64,000 nt of DNA, from positions 954 to 64,953 of the forward strand of contig SVLX01000008.1 of NCBI GenBank assembly GCA_015067725.1, read 5' to 3'. Within the stretch, counting starts at the first letter, position 1, and the number at the start of each line of letters is the position of its first letter. The position numbers and the translations under genes were made by a program. Below the pieces are notes generated by a model that was given only the letters and a program-made list of their open reading frames with translations, had not been told where the DNA came from and searched no databases. The DNA comes from Oscillospiraceae bacterium. Its GTDB lineage: Bacteria > Bacillota > Clostridia > Oscillospirales > Oscillospiraceae. This document shows positions 35,387 through 45,707 of this stretch, one piece after another.

Positions 35387-36298
35387 CAACGGGTGTCCTC
35401 TGAAGTAATCCGGCGCAGCCATCCGCTTTCCGCCGTCTGCCTGCAGTGTCCGAATTTCCAGTACGCCACCGCCGCCGCAGGCCATTTCCAGCCCCGTTTT
35501 GGTGACACCCAGAGCTGTTCCGGGGGCGGCATCGGTCTTTTTGTCGGTCAGCGCCGCCTGATAGACCCGGAAACGCTTGCCATTTAAGCTCATGGTGGCT
35601 ACCGGCCAGGGGTCTAAGCCCCGGATATGGTCCTTGATTTCCTGGGGCGTCTTCTCCCAGTCGATGGGGCAGAGGGTCTTGTCCAGCATGGGGGCATAGG
35701 TGGCCTCGGCATCATTCTGCTTTTGGGCCTCCAGCGGACTCCCCTGCGCCAGACGGTGCAACGTATCTACCAGCAGGTCTGCGCCCATATTGGCCAGCCG
35801 GTCCAGCAGGCTCTGGGCGTTTTCTTCCGGGTCAATGGGGGTGCGGCGAATCTCAATCATGTCGCCGGTGTCCATTTCCGGGGCCATATACATGGCAGTG
35901 ACACCGGTTTCCTGCATTCCCCGGAGAATGGCCCACTGCACCGGACCGGAACCACGGAGTTGGGGCAGGATGCTGGCATGGATGTTGATACAGCCCATGG
36001 AGGGAATCTCCAGTACCGCCGGAGGCAAAATCTTGCCATAAGCCACAGCGGTAATCACATCGGGCTTTAACTCCCTGAGTTCCTCAATCACTGTCTCGTC
36101 TTTGAAGGTAGCGGGCTGAATCACCGGGATTCCCGCCTGAACCGCCACCTGCTTCACCGGCGAGGGAGTCAGCTTCATGCCCCGGTTTTGGGGGGTATCG
36201 ATTTTGGTATAGACCGCCACCACATCGATTTTTGCCGCCAAAAGCCGCTCCAGACAGGTGGCGGCAATGTCCGGCGTACCCATGAACACAACGCGCAT
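35375..36298 (-). CDS. fmt: Methionyl-tRNA formyltransferase
   Basis: MRVVFMGTPD...; HASILPQLRG; 307 aa. Confidence 0.95.
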   Translation of the reverse strand: MRVVFMGTPDIAATCLERLLAAKIDVVAVYTKIDTPQNRGMKLTPSPVKQVAVQAGIPVIQPATFKDETVIEELRELKPDVITAVAYGKILPPAVLEIPSMGCINIHASILPQLRGSGPVQWAILRGMQETGVTAMYMAPEMDTGDMIEIRRTPIDPEENAQSLLDRLANMGADLLVDTLHRLAQGSPLEAQKQNDAEATYAPMLDKTLCPIDWEKTPQEIKDHIRGLDPWPVATMSLNGKRFRVYQAALTDKKTDAAPGTALGVTKTGLEMACGGGGVLEIRTLQADGGKRMAAPDYFRGHPLATS

Positions 36299-36311
36299 GG
36301 CTGTCCCTCCT

Positions 36312-36794
36312 TTACGCCTCGTCGTAATAGTCCTGTACTTCCTCGTCGGTCATCCAACGGGACATCTTCTCGGTGTACAGGTGACCGTCCAGATGCTCCA
36401 GCTCATGGCAGAAGCAACGGGCAAGCAATTCTTCGCCCTCCACCTCAAACCAGTTGCCGTGCCGGTCCTGTGCCCGGACTTTGGCATAGTAAGGCCGCTT
36501 CACCAAACCCCACTTGCCGGGGACACTGAGGCAACCCTCAGGACCTTCCTGCTCGCCGGAGGTCTCCACCAGCTCCGGATTCACCAGCTCCAGAACTTCG
36601 TCGTCAATGTCAATCACCACGACCCGCCGTAGAATGCCAATCTGAGGGGCGGCCAATCCTGCGCCCTGAGCTTCGTCCAGTGTCTCCAGCATATCGTCCA
36701 GCAGGCGGTGCAGTCTGCCGTTGAATTCGGTGACCGGGCGGCATACCTGATGAAGCTGGGGTTCTTTGTGGGTCATAATCTTACGCAGTGCCAT
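36312..36794 (-). CDS. def: Peptide deformylase
   Basis: GLAAPQIG, EGCLS, HELEH motifs; ATG 36794 is better spaced from GGTGAG than the GTG at 36800. Confidence 0.93.
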   Translation of the reverse strand: MALRKIMTHKEPQLHQVCRPVTEFNGRLHRLLDDMLETLDEAQGAGLAAPQIGILRRVVVIDIDDEVLELVNPELVETSGEQEGPEGCLSVPGKWGLVKRPYYAKVRAQDRHGNWFEVEGEELLARCFCHELEHLDGHLYTEKMSRWMTDEEVQDYYDEA

Positions 36795-36825
36795 AAACAC
36801 ATCTCACCTTTCTTTTCCCTGTGAT

Positions 36826-39273
36826 TTAGTCATATCCGTTCACATCCGCAAATGCCGACATCTGGCGGTTGGCGCTGTCCTTGCTGAATACCGTCAGGAA
36901 GTAGCCAATGAGCTGGCGCAGGGCCTTGCTCCTTTCGCCTCTTAAGGTCAGGCAGTAGCGGTAGTTATAATTTACTTTGGGTACCGGTGCAGGCGCAGGG
37001 CCCAAAACCATTGTATGCTCCAGCCCGGGCTGGGTTTGCAGAGCGGAATGCAGGCTGTCCCGCAATTTTGCCGCCGCCCGCTGGGTCATGCCGTCATCTT
37101 TACCGGAGATGGTGATGGTATAGACATCCACAAAGGGCGGGCAACCCTTCACCTGCCGCATGGCAATCTCCAGATTGAAAAAGCCGTCATAATCCTGCTG
37201 TGCCGCCAGATGAATGACCTGATGGTTTGGGGTCATGGTCTGAATCAGTGCCTTGCCGGGTACTGCGCCCCTTCCGGCTCTGCCCACCACCTGGGTCAGC
37301 ATATTGAATGTGGTCTCTGCCGCCCGGTAAGAGCTGACATACAGAGACAAATCCGCATCCAGCACCCCCACCAGCGTCACCTCCGGCAGGTTCAGTCCCT
37401 TGGCGACCATTTGTGTCCCCAGAAGGACGTGCATCTTCTCTTTCTGGAATCGCTCCAGAATCATTTCGTGGGTGTTGGTGGCGCTGACCGTATCCGTGTC
37501 CATCCGGGCGACCCGGATTCCGGGGTAGAGGGACTCCAACTCCTGCTGAATCTTCTGTGTCCCCGCACCAATGGGGATGAGCATCCCGCCGCACATGGGA
37601 CATTTGCTGCTGACCGGCATGGAGAAGCCGCAATAATGGCACATCAGCCGGTGGTTGGCACTGTGGTAGGTCAGATTCACACTGCACCGGGGGCACCGGG
37701 GTACTTCGCCGCAGCTCACGCACTGGAGCATCCGGCTGTTGCCCCGGCGGTTTAAGAAGAAGACCGCCTGTTGCTCCTGCGCCATGGTCTCCACCAGAGC
37801 CTCCCTGAGGGGGTAGCTCAGGAGGGTGTCGTTGCCCATGCGCAGTTCTTCTTTCATGTCCACAATCTCCACCTGCGGCAGAGCCATGCCATTGTATCGC
37901 CCACTGAGCCGGTGGAGACTATAGCGTCCGGTTTTTGCCCGGTACATGGTCTCAACTGAGGGCGTAGCCGAGCCCAGAAGCACCATTGCCCCCAACTGGC
38001 CCGCCCGATACATGGCCACCTCCCGGGCGCAATACCGGGGGGCAGTCTCGGATTTATAGGAATGTTCCTGTTCTTCATCCAGAATAATCAGCCCCAGATT
38101 CTCTGCCGGGGCAAATACCGCCGACCGGGTGCCGACCACCAGGCGCGCTTCACCGGACCTGATGCGCTTCCACTGGTCGTACCGTTCGCCGACGGAGAGA
38201 CTGCTGTGGAGAATGGCCACATTCTGTCCAAAATAGGCGGCCATCAAACTCAGCAGTTGGGGGGTCAGGGCAATCTCCGGCACCAACAGCATGGCACTTT
38301 TGCCCATGCCCAGTGCGTCGGCAATGAGCTTGATATACACCGAGGTTTTGCCACTGCCGGTAACGCCGTAAAGCAGCGCCACCCCCGGCTTTTCCTCCGT
38401 CAGTTTTTGCCGCAATTCTTCATAGGCTTGGGTCTGCCCGGCATTGAGCACCAGCGGGCCGGAAATGGTCGCCGGTTTGATTTCTCTGCACCGCAGTACC
38501 GGCTGTTCTTCCAGCGCAATATAGCCCAGATCGGCCAGCTTCTTCATGGTCTGGCTGGTGGCGCCGGTATAATAGCACAGCTCCTTGACCGAGCAGGTGC
38601 CAATCTGGCACAGCATCCGCAGGGCTGAGCATTGGGCGGGAGCAATTTTCTCCCGGCGGTTGGCATATTCCAGCACTTCCTCCGCAGAAGCCGCCAAAAC
38701 CGCCATGCGCTCCGTCTTGTCCCCCACCCGGCGCAGGAAATCAGAGGAGCAGGTAATCCACTTCTTCCCCTCCAGATACCGGAGGGCTCCCATCAGACGG
38801 TCATCATCGGGCATAAATCGCAGAAGCGTCCGGTGGTCACCTTTGCCACCCAAATCCTCCAGAATACCAATGAGCTCTGCGACACCATCTTTGCGGATGG
38901 TCTTTCCTTTCCAGGGCTTGCCCTCCGCCAAGGTGTACTCATCCCGAATCTGAAACCACAGTCCCGTGGGCAGAATAACCCGCATGGCCTCATAAAAGGT
39001 ACAGAAGTACCGCTCCCGCAGGAAAGCAGCCAGGCGGAGCCCACGGGCATCCAATACAGGCTGTTCATCCAGCACCTGTATGACCCATTTCAGCTCCGCC
39101 TCGTCTCCGGTCTCCACGGACAAAACAATGCCCTCGGTCAATCGGTTTCCTTTCCCGAATGGCACCATGACCCGCACCCCGGGCTGCACCGTCAGATTGG
39201 GGCTGACGGCGTAGCGATAAGGGATGTCAATGGCATAGATGGCCGCAGAGACAGCAATTTTCGCAATGATCAT
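36826..39273 (-). CDS. priA: Primosomal protein N' (replication restart helicase)
   Basis: GVTGSGKT; ILDEEQEHSYK; Cys4 zinc-binding region CVSCG..CPRC...CHYCG...CPMCG. Confidence 0.95.
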   Translation of the reverse strand: MIIAKIAVSAAIYAIDIPYRYAVSPNLTVQPGVRVMVPFGKGNRLTEGIVLSVETGDEAELKWVIQVLDEQPVLDARGLRLAAFLRERYFCTFYEAMRVILPTGLWFQIRDEYTLAEGKPWKGKTIRKDGVAELIGILEDLGGKGDHRTLLRFMPDDDRLMGALRYLEGKKWITCSSDFLRRVGDKTERMAVLAASAEEVLEYANRREKIAPAQCSALRMLCQIGTCSVKELCYYTGATSQTMKKLADLGYIALEEQPVLRCREIKPATISGPLVLNAGQTQAYEELRQKLTEEKPGVALLYGVTGSGKTSVYIKLIADALGMGKSAMLLVPEIALTPQLLSLMAAYFGQNVAILHSSLSVGERYDQWKRIRSGEARLVVGTRSAVFAPAENLGLIILDEEQEHSYKSETAPRYCAREVAMYRAGQLGAMVLLGSATPSVETMYRAKTGRYSLHRLSGRYNGMALPQVEIVDMKEELRMGNDTLLSYPLREALVETMAQEQQAVFFLNRRGNSRMLQCVSCGEVPRCPRCSVNLTYHSANHRLMCHYCGFSMPVSSKCPMCGGMLIPIGAGTQKIQQELESLYPGIRVARMDTDTVSATNTHEMILERFQKEKMHVLLGTQMVAKGLNLPEVTLVGVLDADLSLYVSSYRAAETTFNMLTQVVGRAGRGAVPGKALIQTMTPNHQVIHLAAQQDYDGFFNLEIAMRQVKGCPPFVDVYTITISGKDDGMTQRAAAKLRDSLHSALQTQPGLEHTMVLGPAPAPVPKVNYNYRYCLTLRGERSKALRQLIGYFLTVFSKDSANRQMSAFADVNGYD

Positions 39274-39300
39274 GGCATATCCCTCCGGCTCTTTCTGGTT

Positions 39301-39507
39301 TTACTCGGTATACTGCTTCTTCATGGTGGCAGTCAGGCTGCCGTCGGCCACTTCACGGATGGCCAGGGTGACGGGCTTGTCTTCCAGTGTCACCTGATTG
39401 GCCTCGGCCTCAATGGCAATCTGCCGGGCGCGCTTGGCCACCACATTGACCAGCAGGTAACGGCTGGGGATATTCTTCAGCAAATCGGACATGGGGGGAT
39501 AAAGCAT
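39301..39507 (-). CDS. rpoZ: RNA polymerase omega subunit
   Basis: 68 aa; SRYLLVNVVAKRARQI; between gmk and priA. Confidence 0.9.
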   Translation of the reverse strand: MLYPPMSDLLKNIPSRYLLVNVVAKRARQIAIEAEANQVTLEDKPVTLAIREVADGSLTATMKKQYTE

Positions 39508-39508
39508 A

Positions 39509-40129
39509 TTAGTAGACCTCCTTCAAAATCTTTAAGTCAGAATTATTGGCATAGAGACTGCGCTGAGCATTTTCACTGCCGGAGAGGATTTCCTCCATCC
39601 GGGCAACGCAGTCGTCAAAATCATCATTGAGCACTAGATAGCGGTAATGCTCCGCCTGCTGGATTTCCCATCTGGCCTGCGCCAGACGGGCCAGGATCTT
39701 CTCCGGCGGGGTATCGTTTCTTCCCTCTAAGCGGCGGCGGAGTTCCGTCATGCTGGGGGGTGCCAGGAAGACCAGCACTGCCTGCGGGTACTGCTTCGCC
39801 ACCTGCAACGCGCCATTGGGGTCAACGTCCAGAAGGGCGGTGCCGCCGGCGGCTATGGTCTGCAGAATGGGCGCGGCAGGTGTACCATAATAGTCCCCGC
39901 TGGCATAGTGGTTATACTCCAACAGGGCATTTTGCGCCACCAGGGTTTTGAATTCTTCCTCGGTAATGTAGTGGTAACTGACACCGGGAACTTCACCGGG
40001 TCTGGGTGCACGGGTAGTGGCAGACACCGAGAACAGATAATCGGGATGCCGCTTGAGAATCTCCCCAATCACTGAGCTCTTACCCACACCGGACGGGCCA
40101 GAAATCACAATCAATTTTCCCTGATTCAT
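39509..40129 (-). CDS. gmk: Guanylate kinase
   Basis: [19 protein letters not shown]. Confidence 0.95.
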   Translation of the reverse strand: MNQGKLIVISGPSGVGKSSVIGEILKRHPDYLFSVSATTRAPRPGEVPGVSYHYITEEEFKTLVAQNALLEYNHYASGDYYGTPAAPILQTIAAGGTALLDVDPNGALQVAKQYPQAVLVFLAPPSMTELRRRLEGRNDTPPEKILARLAQARWEIQQAEHYRYLVLNDDFDDCVARMEEILSGSENAQRSLYANNSDLKILKEVY

Positions 40130-40389
40130 TCTCTCTCCTCCTCAGTCTCCTCCATCTTACCAGCCAATCTGCCGGCAACAGCCTCCGGTTGGATGGCGGA
40201 GAGGATCACATGGTCCGTATCCATGACGATGACGGACCGGGTCTTTCGTCCATAGCTGGCATCAATGAGCATACCTCTATCCTTCGCCTCCTGCATCATC
40301 CGCTTGATGGGGGCGGAGTCGGGACTGACCACCGCCAGAATCCGGGCAGAGGAAATCATATTGCCAAAGCCGATATTGATCAGTTTCAT
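40126..40389 (-). CDS. remA: RemA/YlzA (DUF370) family regulator
   Basis: [30 protein letters not shown]; 87 aa. Confidence 0.9.
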   Translation of the reverse strand: MKLINIGFGNMISSARILAVVSPDSAPIKRMMQEAKDRGMLIDASYGRKTRSVIVMDTDHVILSAIQPEAVAGRLAGKMEETEEERE

Positions 40390-40398
40390 GGGGCGGCC

Positions 40399-41277
40399 TC
40401 ACTCAATATTCTGGGTCTGCTCCCGGATTTTCTCCAGCTCAGCCTTGATGTCCACCACGACCCGGGCCAGACGGATATCCGTACACTTCGAGCCGATGGT
40501 ATTGGCCTCGCGGTTCATCTCCTGCAGCAGGAAGTCCAGTTTCCGGCCGATTGCGCCGCCGGAAGCGAGCATAGTCTCCATTTGGTCCAAATGGCTGCGC
40601 AGGCGGACGGTTTCTTCGTCCACGGCCACCTTGTCGGCAAAGATGGCAGCTTCCTGCAGGATACGGCTCTCGTCAATGGTGGTACCGGCCAGAACTTCTG
40701 CCATTTTCGCTTCCAGTCTTGCCCGGTAGTCGCTGACGGTCTGGGGGGACTGCTCCTCCACAATGGATACCATTTCGGCAATGGTCTTGGCTCTGCTTCT
40801 CAGGTCACGGACCATGGCCTCGCCCTCGGTCTGGCGCATGGCATTGAAGGCGGCAAGTGCCTGATCGGTCACCTGCAGCAGTGCGGCTTTCATGGCATCT
40901 TCGTCTTCCTGACTCTTATCCATCTGGAAGACCTCCGGCATACGGGAAAGCAATGATACGCTGATGTCATCCCGGATGCCATATTCCTCGGTCATGGTGC
41001 GCATGGCAGCCAGATAGCCCTTGAGCACAGGCTGATTCAGTGTCACCTGAACCTGATCCTCCGTGCTGGCACCGATGGTGATGAACACATCCACCTTGCC
41101 TCTGGATACTGCGGCTTTCACCCGACCCTTGACCGCATCCTCGGCAAAAATCATGCTCCGGGGCAGTTTAACGGTACAGTCCAGATAACGGTTATTCACG
41201 GCGCGAACCTCGACGGTAAACTCCCGCCCCAATAAGGTCTCCACCGCCCGGCCATAGCCGGTCATGCTTTTAATCAA
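40399..41277 (-). CDS. yicC: YicC/YloC-family stress-induced protein
   Basis: MIKSMTGYGRA...; C-terminal EMNREANTIGSK...IKAELEKIREQ.QNIE. Confidence 0.9.
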   Translation of the reverse strand: MIKSMTGYGRAVETLLGREFTVEVRAVNNRYLDCTVKLPRSMIFAEDAVKGRVKAAVSRGKVDVFITIGASTEDQVQVTLNQPVLKGYLAAMRTMTEEYGIRDDISVSLLSRMPEVFQMDKSQEDEDAMKAALLQVTDQALAAFNAMRQTEGEAMVRDLRSRAKTIAEMVSIVEEQSPQTVSDYRARLEAKMAEVLAGTTIDESRILQEAAIFADKVAVDEETVRLRSHLDQMETMLASGGAIGRKLDFLLQEMNREANTIGSKCTDIRLARVVVDIKAELEKIREQTQNIE

Positions 41278-41315
41278 TGTAACGCACCCCTTTTATATAG
41301 GTTCTCGGCTATCCC

Positions 41316-41705
41316 TCAATCCTGGGCATAACCGGTAATGGTAAAGGTGTTTTTCTTTCGTTTGGCCCGACTGCGGTCAAGGAAAACCGCACCCAGAAAG
41401 CCCAGAGCCAGACCCGTCAGCCCCGCCCACAGCCCAAAGGCACAATATCCGGCAATGAGCAGAACAACAGGAATCAGGTACACCGCAACGACCAGCCCCA
41501 GAATCTCCCCGGTGGAAGTTTCCAGCGTGACCCGGTCACCGGGCATTGCGCCAATGGGATTCAGCGCAGTGACCTCCATGGTTTTCTGCCCATCTGCGCA
41601 GCCGCCACACTGGGCGCAGTTGCCCCCGCAGGCGGACTCCCTCTTGCACAAAACCTGCGCCGTGCCGTCGGGATTCAGGGATTTTACCCGGACAACTCTC
41701 TCCAT
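41316..41705 (-). CDS. RseC/MucC-family small membrane protein
   Basis: Cys cluster CGGNCAQCGGC followed by two TM helices; 129 aa. Confidence 0.7.
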   Translation of the reverse strand: MERVVRVKSLNPDGTAQVLCKRESACGGNCAQCGGCADGQKTMEVTALNPIGAMPGDRVTLETSTGEILGLVVAVYLIPVVLLIAGYCAFGLWAGLTGLALGFLGAVFLDRSRAKRKKNTFTITGYAQD

Positions 41706-41711
41706 AGGCGA

Positions 41712-42962
41712 TTAGTCCGGTGCGGTGGTCTCGTCCACCTTTTCCGTGAGGGTGACCGTGACCTGATACTTGTCCACTGCGCCAATGTCCTTATCTGCCG
41801 GGAACTCCAGATTAAGATCCAGCATGGTGATGCCCTGATTGACTCCGGTCAGGTCAATGCTGGCCCGGATTTGCTCAATGGTCAGGGCATTGATCTGTGC
41901 GGATACGCCACGGACGGTGATTTCAATTTTCAGGGTGGAGACGGTGGCCATCATGCCTTCCGGCACGTTGCGCAGTTCAATATCCTCGGCGTTCAGGGTC
42001 ATTTTCCGCTGAATCAACCCCTTGAGCCGTACAGAGCCGGTGACCGTGGTCACGCCGGAGTGGTTGGTGAGATTCTCATCCAGCCGGATAGTCCCCTCCA
42101 CATGATAGGGATCTTTTAAGTCGACCAACGCCAAATCCACCTCGGCAACCACCAGAGAATCAATGCCGGCAATAGCCTCCTGAGAGCCGGAGATGATGAT
42201 TTCCTGCACATCCAGATTCACCACGGCATCTTTTTCTTTGGCACCGCCGCCCGGGATGCATTTGACCACCAGAGGAATGGTTTTGAAGTATTCCACCGGC
42301 AGGTTGACATAAATTTCCCCGGTATCGGTGGAGATGTTGTCGCTCTTGACCGGCTCATTATCGTCATTCATCAGGGTATAGCGCTGCTCGGCGGTATAGG
42401 TACCGGTCAGCTCCGACAGATAGATTTCAATGCCCGCCTTGGTCACGGCATCCACCTCGGATTTCGGTCCGGAGATACCCACCTCGGTAGCGCCGATGGT
42501 CGCCCCGGCCGTATTGATGAACAACTCCTCCGGCTCGTCACCCAGAAGAATCAGCTCCACCGGTACGGTCTTGCTGGCATACTCCACCACGGTAATGGTG
42601 ACTTTATCATTGCTCTTGGTTCGGGAAATCCCGGAAGTACCGGAGGGATAGACCACCCGATAGTCACACTGGTGCTGCCCGGGCTCGGTAATGGTGCTCA
42701 AATCCACCAAAACTTTCAGATTCCCGGTATTGAGCTTATCCAGCTCCGACAGACTGCCAGAGAGGGTAAAGGTCACGCTGTGGCTCTCACCGGGCTTAAC
42801 CATCAGTCCCTTATCCATCAGGGACGTGGCATTTTCCAACGTGACGGATACGCCGGAGAAGGTCTGTTCCCGCTCCGTGCTGACATTGGTGGCCACATAC
42901 AGCCACAGACCCAGTGCCGCCAGCAAAGATACCAGCAGGGTCAGCAGTTTACTTTTGATCAT
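41712..42962 (-). CDS. cdaR: YbbR-domain protein CdaR (regulator of CdaA)
   Basis: N-terminal TM, repeated YbbR-like beta units, immediately downstream of and overlapping cdaA. Confidence 0.85.
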   Translation of the reverse strand: MIKSKLLTLLVSLLAALGLWLYVATNVSTEREQTFSGVSVTLENATSLMDKGLMVKPGESHSVTFTLSGSLSELDKLNTGNLKVLVDLSTITEPGQHQCDYRVVYPSGTSGISRTKSNDKVTITVVEYASKTVPVELILLGDEPEELFINTAGATIGATEVGISGPKSEVDAVTKAGIEIYLSELTGTYTAEQRYTLMNDDNEPVKSDNISTDTGEIYVNLPVEYFKTIPLVVKCIPGGGAKEKDAVVNLDVQEIIISGSQEAIAGIDSLVVAEVDLALVDLKDPYHVEGTIRLDENLTNHSGVTTVTGSVRLKGLIQRKMTLNAEDIELRNVPEGMMATVSTLKIEITVRGVSAQINALTIEQIRASIDLTGVNQGITMLDLNLEFPADKDIGAVDKYQVTVTLTEKVDETTAPD

Positions 42963-43824
42963 TGCCGTTCACGTCCTCCTTTTTCTTCTCCCGGCCAAAA
43001 AGCTTCATCCTGCCGCCGGACTTCTCCGCACCGGAGCAGAGTTCATTGCTCAGGAGCTTCTCCAGGGTCTGGGGAGCAAGATGCCGCTTCAGCATACCGC
43101 CCACCGCCACGGAGATGGTACCGGTTTCCTCAGAGACGATGACTACCACCGCATCGGAAACTTCGCTGACACCGATGCCCGCCCGGTGGCGTGTGCCCAA
43201 ATCGGCACTGATGCGGCGATTCTCAGACAATGGCAGGACACACCCGGCAGCCGCCACCTGAGCGCCACGGACAACCATGGCGCCGTCATGGAGCGCGGCC
43301 TTGGGGAAGAAGATATTCCGCAGGAGCTGTTCGGAGACTTTGCCGTCAATGACAGTGCCGGTTTTGAAATAGTCATCCAGACGGGTGGTTCGTTCAAAGA
43401 CAATGAGCGCGCCAATCCGCTCTTTGGACATTGCCTCGCAAGCCATAACGGTCTGGCTGATGACATTGTCCATCTCCTCACTGTGTGCCTTAGGACTCAG
43501 AAGTTCCCGGATGCTGGTGTTGCCCAACCGGTCCACCACCTGCCGCAGTTCCGGTTGAAACAGCACAACAACGGCGATAAGGCCCAGCTCCGTCACCCAA
43601 TCCACCAGGAAATTCAGCACATGGAGATTGGCCAAATCGGTAATCCAGGTAAAGATCAGAAACACAAATGCCACCCGGAGCAGTCGCTTGGCGCGGCCGG
43701 TATTGGTTTTGCTGATCACCTGATAAATCAGAAAAGCCACCAGAAGAATATCCAGAATATCGGTGATCTGTATGGTCTTCAGCAAGCGAAAAAACTCATC
43801 AAAAAATGCGATGATTCTTTCCAT
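42949..43824 (-). CDS. cdaA: Diadenylate cyclase CdaA
   Basis: Three N-terminal TMs; DGAMVV; GTRHRAGIGVSE. Confidence 0.93.
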   Translation of the reverse strand: MERIIAFFDEFFRLLKTIQITDILDILLVAFLIYQVISKTNTGRAKRLLRVAFVFLIFTWITDLANLHVLNFLVDWVTELGLIAVVVLFQPELRQVVDRLGNTSIRELLSPKAHSEEMDNVISQTVMACEAMSKERIGALIVFERTTRLDDYFKTGTVIDGKVSEQLLRNIFFPKAALHDGAMVVRGAQVAAAGCVLPLSENRRISADLGTRHRAGIGVSEVSDAVVVIVSEETGTISVAVGGMLKRHLAPQTLEKLLSNELCSGAEKSGGRMKLFGREKKKEDVNGNDQK

Positions 43825-43924
43825 AATGGTATTTCACCCTCCGCCCACAGCCCTCTGCCCCCATATCGTACCTCAAAAAGGCAATATGGCGACAAATGGC
43901 TATAGTAATTCTATTATCCTGATA

Positions 43925-43953
43925 ATTATAGCGGATTTCCTCCCCGATGGCAA
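43925..43953 (-). promoter_or_regulatory. Sigma-A-type promoter for cdaA-cdaR
   Basis: Minus strand TTGCCA (43953-43948), 17-nt spacer, TATAAT (43930-43925). Confidence 0.6.
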
Positions 43954-43960
43954 GGGTATT

Positions 43961-45085
43961 TCACGAAAAATTCTTCCGGTTTCCGGAAAAAGCTTTCCCC
44001 GCCGCCTGCAGGAAGCGCCGGATTTCCCACAACTCCGTCTCCGGACCGCAACTCAGCCGCAGAGTCCCGGTCTGCAGTGTCCCGGCGCTTTCGTGGGCGA
44101 CAGGCGCGCAGTGGAGTCCTGCCCGGAGGCAGAAGCCCAACCGGGAGAGTTGTTCTGCCCCTTTTTCGCAGTCACTGTCCGGAGGGAGAAAACTGCACAC
44201 GCCCCCCTGATGTGACCCGCAGAATACCTTGAGCCCCATGCGGGAGAGCCCCTGGGCGGCAAAATGTGCCAACTCCGCCTCCCGTTTGCTCACGGCGGAC
44301 AAATCCAGTCTGCCGGCAAGCCTCAAGGCGGCGGATAAGCCCGCAATACCCGGCACATTGGCCGTCCCCGCCTCCGCCAAATCCGGCAGGAAGTCGGGCA
44401 TTTGCTGCTGGGCAGAGAGGCTTCCTGTGCCGCCGAACATCAAGGGGTCAGGATTCCTCCCGCAGAGCAGAAGCCCCGTCCCCATGGGACCCCGCAAGCC
44501 TTTGTGCCCCGGCATGGCGATAAAATCCGCTCCCAGCGCCGAAAAATCAATGGGCATCGACCCGGCAGATTGGGCGGCATCCACCACAAAGGGCACACCA
44601 TACGACCGGCACAGCGCAGCCATTTCCTCCACCGGGAGAACATAGCCAAAAACATTGGACACATGGGTAAAAACTGCCCCATGGGGGTGGGTGTTCAGTG
44701 CCTCCCGGAAAGATTCCAGGGTATCTGCCGGGTCGAAAAGCCGACGCCCTGCCACCACCACCTCTGCCCCCAGCGCATGGAGGGGGCGGGTGACGGCATT
44801 GTGTTCAAATCCGGAGATGACTACCCGTCCTCCCGGCGGAATCAGGGTTTTGATGGCCATATTCAGCCCGTGGGTGCAGTTCATGGTAAACACCACCTGC
44901 TCCGGCAGGCAGTGAAACAGCTCGGAAGCCAGTTCCCGGCAGTGGTACAGTGCCCTTGACGAAGCCATGGCCGCCGGATACCCCCCGCGCCCCGGATTGC
45001 CATGCTGTGCAATGCTCCGGGACACTGCCAAACTGACGGCGGCGGGTTTTGGCCAGGAGGTTGCGCCGTGGTCCAGGTAAATCAT
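43961..45085 (-). CDS. Class-V aminotransferase-fold PLP enzyme (cysteine desulfurase / selenocysteine lyase-like)
   Basis: ATG 45085 with GGGAGGG RBS gives MIYLDHGATSWPKP; PGHKGLRGPMGTG PLP-lysine region; the 11-codon track extension has no RBS. Confidence 0.8.
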   Translation of the reverse strand: MIYLDHGATSWPKPAAVSLAVSRSIAQHGNPGRGGYPAAMASSRALYHCRELASELFHCLPEQVVFTMNCTHGLNMAIKTLIPPGGRVVISGFEHNAVTRPLHALGAEVVVAGRRLFDPADTLESFREALNTHPHGAVFTHVSNVFGYVLPVEEMAALCRSYGVPFVVDAAQSAGSMPIDFSALGADFIAMPGHKGLRGPMGTGLLLCGRNPDPLMFGGTGSLSAQQQMPDFLPDLAEAGTANVPGIAGLSAALRLAGRLDLSAVSKREAELAHFAAQGLSRMGLKVFCGSHQGGVCSFLPPDSDCEKGAEQLSRLGFCLRAGLHCAPVAHESAGTLQTGTLRLSCGPETELWEIRRFLQAAGKAFSGNRKNFS

Positions 45086-45330
45086 GGCGCATCCCTCCCG
45101 TCTCCGTCCTCCGGGCAATAAATCTTGCTGTAGGAAATCCCGGCACGTTGGAGCAAAGCCACTGCTTCATCGCGCCGGTGTCCGCCAATCCCCAGACGGT
45201 AGCCACAGCCCTGCTCCTCCATTTGTCGTGGTGTTCTGGTCAGCGCCGCGGATATCCCACCCCGGCGCAGTACCTCCTGCCCCCGCTGGGCAAAGGTAAT
45301 GGAACGAAATGTGACATAACAAACCTTCAT
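45082..45330 (-). CDS. DUF3343 (putative S/Se carrier-like) small protein
   Basis: ATG 45330 with GGAGG RBS; MKVCYVTFRSITFAQRGQEVLRRGGISAALTRTPRQM...CGY; ATGA overlap with the desulfurase-like gene. Confidence 0.7.
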   Translation of the reverse strand: MKVCYVTFRSITFAQRGQEVLRRGGISAALTRTPRQMEEQGCGYRLGIGGHRRDEAVALLQRAGISYSKIYCPEDGDGRDAP

Positions 45331-45638
45331 CTGACAATACCTCCCTGACCAGACTATGCCAAAATGAGCGGAAAGGTGAAGTGATCTAACATTGCCGGCA
45401 ATCATCCTTCGGCGTTGTGCTGCCCATTGTGCGGGGCGGCGCCCACGGCCTTGCGGCAACCGAGCCGGGAGGCAAGCAGAACCCGCATAAAGTATATGTC
45501 AAACACAGCCTGGGCGACCGCTATTGGTATAGCCGTAAAACTTGTCCGTTGGTACAGTCGCAAGCGTTAAACTGTATCCGGAAGCGAAACAACAATCCCG
45601 CCGCTTTCGACGAGGTAGCCTCCGTTGCCGAAATAGTC

Positions 45639-45672
45639 AAACCTGCCAACCCCGAATGGAGCTGGCAGGTTT
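45639..45672. terminator. Hairpin downstream of the giant surface-protein gene
   Basis: aaacctgcca / tggcaggttt 10-bp stem, 14-nt loop; the T-tract is stronger on the plus side than the minus side. Confidence 0.45.
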
Positions 45673-45707
45673 GTTGTTTTGCTTAACCGGGCTTTTTGAT
45701 TTTATCC

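Noticed and set aside
42949-43824. Co-occurrence of the c-di-AMP cyclase (cdaA-cdaR) and phosphodiesterase (gdpP) in one window as something unusual
   Set aside because: Both are standard single-copy housekeeping genes of Bacillota in their usual syntenic contexts; their proximity here simply reflects the gene order.
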